Shown piece by piece: positions 61,484 through 64,000 of a stretch of 64,000 nt of DNA. Source of the stretch: Dehalococcoidia bacterium (GTDB taxonomy: Bacteria; Chloroflexota; Dehalococcoidia; Plut-88900). The notes beneath the pieces were generated by a model. It saw only the letters and a program-made list of their open reading frames with translations. It did no database searches and was not told where the DNA came from. Every line of letters starts with the position of its first letter. Within the stretch, counting starts at the first letter, position 1. A program made the position numbers and the translations under genes. The stretch spans positions 1,344,001-1,408,000 of the forward strand of contig CBDBLV010000005.1 in the NCBI GenBank assembly GCA_965207225.1. The letters are read 5' to 3'.

Positions 61484-62466
61484 CCCCGGGCCACGGCCAT
61501 GATCATGCCGGCGAGAGCCTGGGAGTCGTGCCTGATCTGGGGCCCAGGCCCGATCAAGGGCCCGCGCAGTATACGGCCAACCATGCTGTCGCACTGTTCG
61601 TAGTCGAGTTCTACGGGATACGCATCGCTTGAACCGTAACGCTCGACGGCTTCCGAGGGCAATGGGGCATCGTTGACCAGCAGGTAGTCGATGCGGCCAT
61701 TCGGGCCCAAGTAGCGCTTCACTTCCCCGACAAAGTTCGAGACCTTAAAGCCGTCAGACTCCCCGGGCTTTGTCATGATGTTGGAAGCATAGAGGACCGG
61801 GGCCGGGGTGCGGGCTATGGCGTCTCCCACACCTTCGACCATGAGGTTGGGGATGATGCTGGTGTAGAGGTCGCCGGGGCCCATGACCACGAGATCGGCG
61901 TCCAGGATGGCTTCCACTACCGGTGGGTACACAAGAGCGGGGGGGTCCAGGTAAACGTAGTCTATGTGAACGCCCGGATTGAGCCCCCGGACGTCTATGC
62001 TGGCCTCACCGGATACTACAGTGCCGTCAATGAGTCGGGCCTTCAGATTGGTGTCGGTCAGGGTTACGGGAAGGACACGGCCTGTAATCTGCAGCATTCG
62101 CCCAGCCTCGATGATGGCCAAGGCCATGCTGCCGGTAATCTCGGTCAGGGCAGCGAGAATCAGATTGCCGAAGCTGTGGCCCTGGAGGTCCCGGCCGCGG
62201 TCGAATCGGTAGTCGAGGAGGCGACGGAGTATGGAGTCGTTGGGGTTGTCGGGGCTGAGGCCGAGGAGGCACTGTCGCACATCTCCGGGAGGCAATTGGC
62301 CGAGCTGGTCGCGGAGCCGGCCGGAGGATCCTCCGCTGTCAGACATGGAGACGATGGCGGTGAGGTTGGGGGTGTGGTGCTTGAGGCCGTTCAGGACGAC
62401 AAAATTCCCTGTGCCGCCGCCGATTACGACGATTTTCGCGGTGTTGGGATCGGGAGGATGAGCCAT
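61471..62466 (-). CDS. yvcK: YvcK/GlmR (CofD-related, UPF0052) protein; start at MAHPPD
   Basis: IGGGTG, DSGGSSG.LR, PPGDVR, GHSFGNL, GPGDLYTSIIPNL. Confidence 0.92.
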   Translation of the reverse strand: MAHPPDPNTAKIVVIGGGTGNFVVLNGLKHHTPNLTAIVSMSDSGGSSGRLRDQLGQLPPGDVRQCLLGLSPDNPNDSILRRLLDYRFDRGRDLQGHSFGNLILAALTEITGSMALAIIEAGRMLQITGRVLPVTLTDTNLKARLIDGTVVSGEASIDVRGLNPGVHIDYVYLDPPALVYPPVVEAILDADLVVMGPGDLYTSIIPNLMVEGVGDAIARTPAPVLYASNIMTKPGESDGFKVSNFVGEVKRYLGPNGRIDYLLVNDAPLPSEAVERYGSSDAYPVELDYEQCDSMVGRILRGPLIGPGPQIRHDSQALAGMIMAVARGHAP

Positions 62467-62580
62467 AGCGGGTGGGATGATAAGGGGGTGGGGTAGGAGG
62501 TGCAAGGGGCGATTATCCATTAGGTCGAGCCCCGGGTGGCACAAGTAGGGTGATATACTCACGGCTACTTTTTGGGGTGA

Positions 62581-62979
62581 GTGCGAATAGTGGCAGATGA
62601 CAGGTTTCCGAGCGTAGGAGTAGACATAACGGAGATACCGCGGATCAGAGCAGCCCTGGAGAAATGGGGCGAGAAGTTCCTGGACCGGGTATATACGCCA
62701 AAGGAGATTGCCCGGTACCGGACTCGAGTGCCCGACCTGGCGGCCCGGTTTGCCGGCAAAGAGGCGGTGATGAAAGTACTGGGGACGGGGAATCGGGGAG
62801 TTGCGTGGCGGGAGATCGAGATTTTGCCGATGCCGAGTGGGAAACCGACTGTGAAGCTGTACAGGAGAGCTGAGGCCCGGGCGCGGAAGCTGGGGATGGG
62901 TGAGGTTGCGATAAGCCTGTCTCACTCGGATGAGTTTGCAGTGGCGTCGGCGGTGGCGATGGTGGAGAGGCTGGAATGA
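62581..62979 (+). CDS. acpS: Holo-ACP synthase; start may be 62590
   Basis: GVDI, FAGKEAVMK, SLSHS. Confidence 0.94.
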   Translation: MRIVADDRFPSVGVDITEIPRIRAALEKWGEKFLDRVYTPKEIARYRTRVPDLAARFAGKEAVMKVLGTGNRGVAWREIEILPMPSGKPTVKLYRRAEARARKLGMGEVAISLSHSDEFAVASAVAMVERLE

Positions 62980-62995
62980 AGGGGTCGGTGGGTAG

Positions 62996-64000
62996 ATGAA
63001 GATAGTAAGCAGCGCGGAGATGAGGGAGATTGAAGCTCGGTGCGAGGCGGAGGGGATAGCGACTGCGGAGCTGATGGAGAATGCGGGACGGGCGTTTGCG
63101 GAAGAGGTGCGAGAGTGGGGGGAAGGGGTGGCGGGTAAGAACGTGGTGGTGCTGGTCGGGCCGGGGAACAACGGCGGCGACGGGCTGGTAGCAGCACGGT
63201 ATTTCCATGACTGGGTGGCCAATGTCGATGTTTGTTTGTGCTCTCCCAGGCCGGAATCGGACAAAAATCTTGGATTGCTCCTAAGTAGAGGGCTGCAACC
63301 GACAAACGCATACGAGGGGAACGAACTTGCAGCATTGGGGCATGTGCTGGGGTCGGCGGGAATAGTGGTGGATTCGGTGCTAGGGACGGGGAGGTCGAGG
63401 CCGATAGCGGGAAAGATCGGAGAGGTCTTCGCGGAATTGAAGAGGGCGAGGGAATTGAACACATCCCTGCGAGTTGCGGCCATGGACCTGCCGTCGGGTG
63501 TAGATGCGGACTCGGGGCAGGCAGACCCTGTGGGGCCGCAGGCGGACCTTACAGTAGCCCTCGGATATCCAAAGATTGGGATGTTTGCGTTTCCGGGGGC
63601 GTCGAGGGTGGGGGAGCTTCGGGTTGCGGACATCGGGATTCCGGGTGGGCTGTCAGATGACATATCGCTGGAGATGCTTACAGGCCTGATGGTGAAAGCA
63701 CTGTTGCCGAAGAGACCTGCGGACTCCCACAAGGGAACGTTCGGACGGCTGGTGGTGGTGGCCGGGTCTGGGCAGTACGTTGGGGCTGCGTACCTGGCGT
63801 GTGCGGCAGCAACGAGGGTCGGGGCCGGGCTGGTGACGCTGGCGTGCTCTCCGGCAGTGAGGGCAATAGTCGGGGCACGGGCGGCGGAGGTGACGTACAT
63901 CCCACTGGGGGATGAGGCCGAGGTGCAAGATTGGAGGGCGGCGATAGTCGAGGGCGTGGCACAGGCGGACGCACTGCTGGTCGGGTGCGGACTGGGAAGG
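62996..64000 (+). CDS. nnr: Bifunctional NAD(P)HX epimerase/dehydratase, truncated at the window end
   Basis: LMENAG, GPGNNGGDG, GTG, DLPSG, HKGTFG, GAGLV. Confidence 0.93.
   Translation, partial: MKIVSSAEMREIEARCEAEGIATAELMENAGRAFAEEVREWGEGVAGKNVVVLVGPGNNGGDGLVAARYFHDWVANVDVCLCSPRPESDKNLGLLLSRGLQPTNAYEGNELAALGHVLGSAGIVVDSVLGTGRSRPIAGKIGEVFAELKRARELNTSLRVAAMDLPSGVDADSGQADPVGPQADLTVALGYPKIGMFAFPGASRVGELRVADIGIPGGLSDDISLEMLTGLMVKALLPKRPADSHKGTFGRLVVVAGSGQYVGAAYLACAAATRVGAGLVTLACSPAVRAIVGARAAEVTYIPLGDEAEVQDWRAAIVEGVAQADALLVGCGLGR

Noticed and set aside
62467-63900. 809-aa ORF extension of yvcK
   Set aside because: Antisense shadow of acpS and nnr; YvcK homology starts at 62466

Overview
A GC-rich bacterial chromosomal segment. 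Its gene content (paralogous Zn-ADHs, Ldh_2, RraA, a GrdB-like selenoprotein, PAC2, a dnaB-dnaD-double-AAA loader, a Gram-positive-type LexA box) points to Chloroflexota, probably Dehalococcoidia/SAR202-like (inference). Most of it is housekeeping: aromatic amino acid genes, lexA, rplY, moeB, glnA, pth-ligA-tyrS-ribF, the SUF operon, fumC, rpsU, purQ/purL, rplI-dnaB-dnaD, a siroheme/Ahb heme operon, MFS transporters, maf, rlmD, yvcK, acpS and nnr. No rRNA, tRNA, CRISPR array or intact transposase was seen. Least explained features: (1) two paralogous 550-700 nt non-coding elements (about 13441-14146 and 46560-47102) that share a conserved, covarying frame and a sigma70-like promoter but have unrelated, highly structured interiors; (2) a mini-array in which repeated 3' ends of a DNA methyltransferase-HNH gene each precede an AT-rich orphan ORF; (3) a selenocysteine-recoded GrdB-like gene with a SECIS and a non-canonical U-x-x-G-x-x-S motif; (4) a tandem pair of tiny desulforedoxin-like genes; (5) a maf gene that appears to need an ATC start or stop read-through. 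All calls are by eye; no database searches or folding programs were run.
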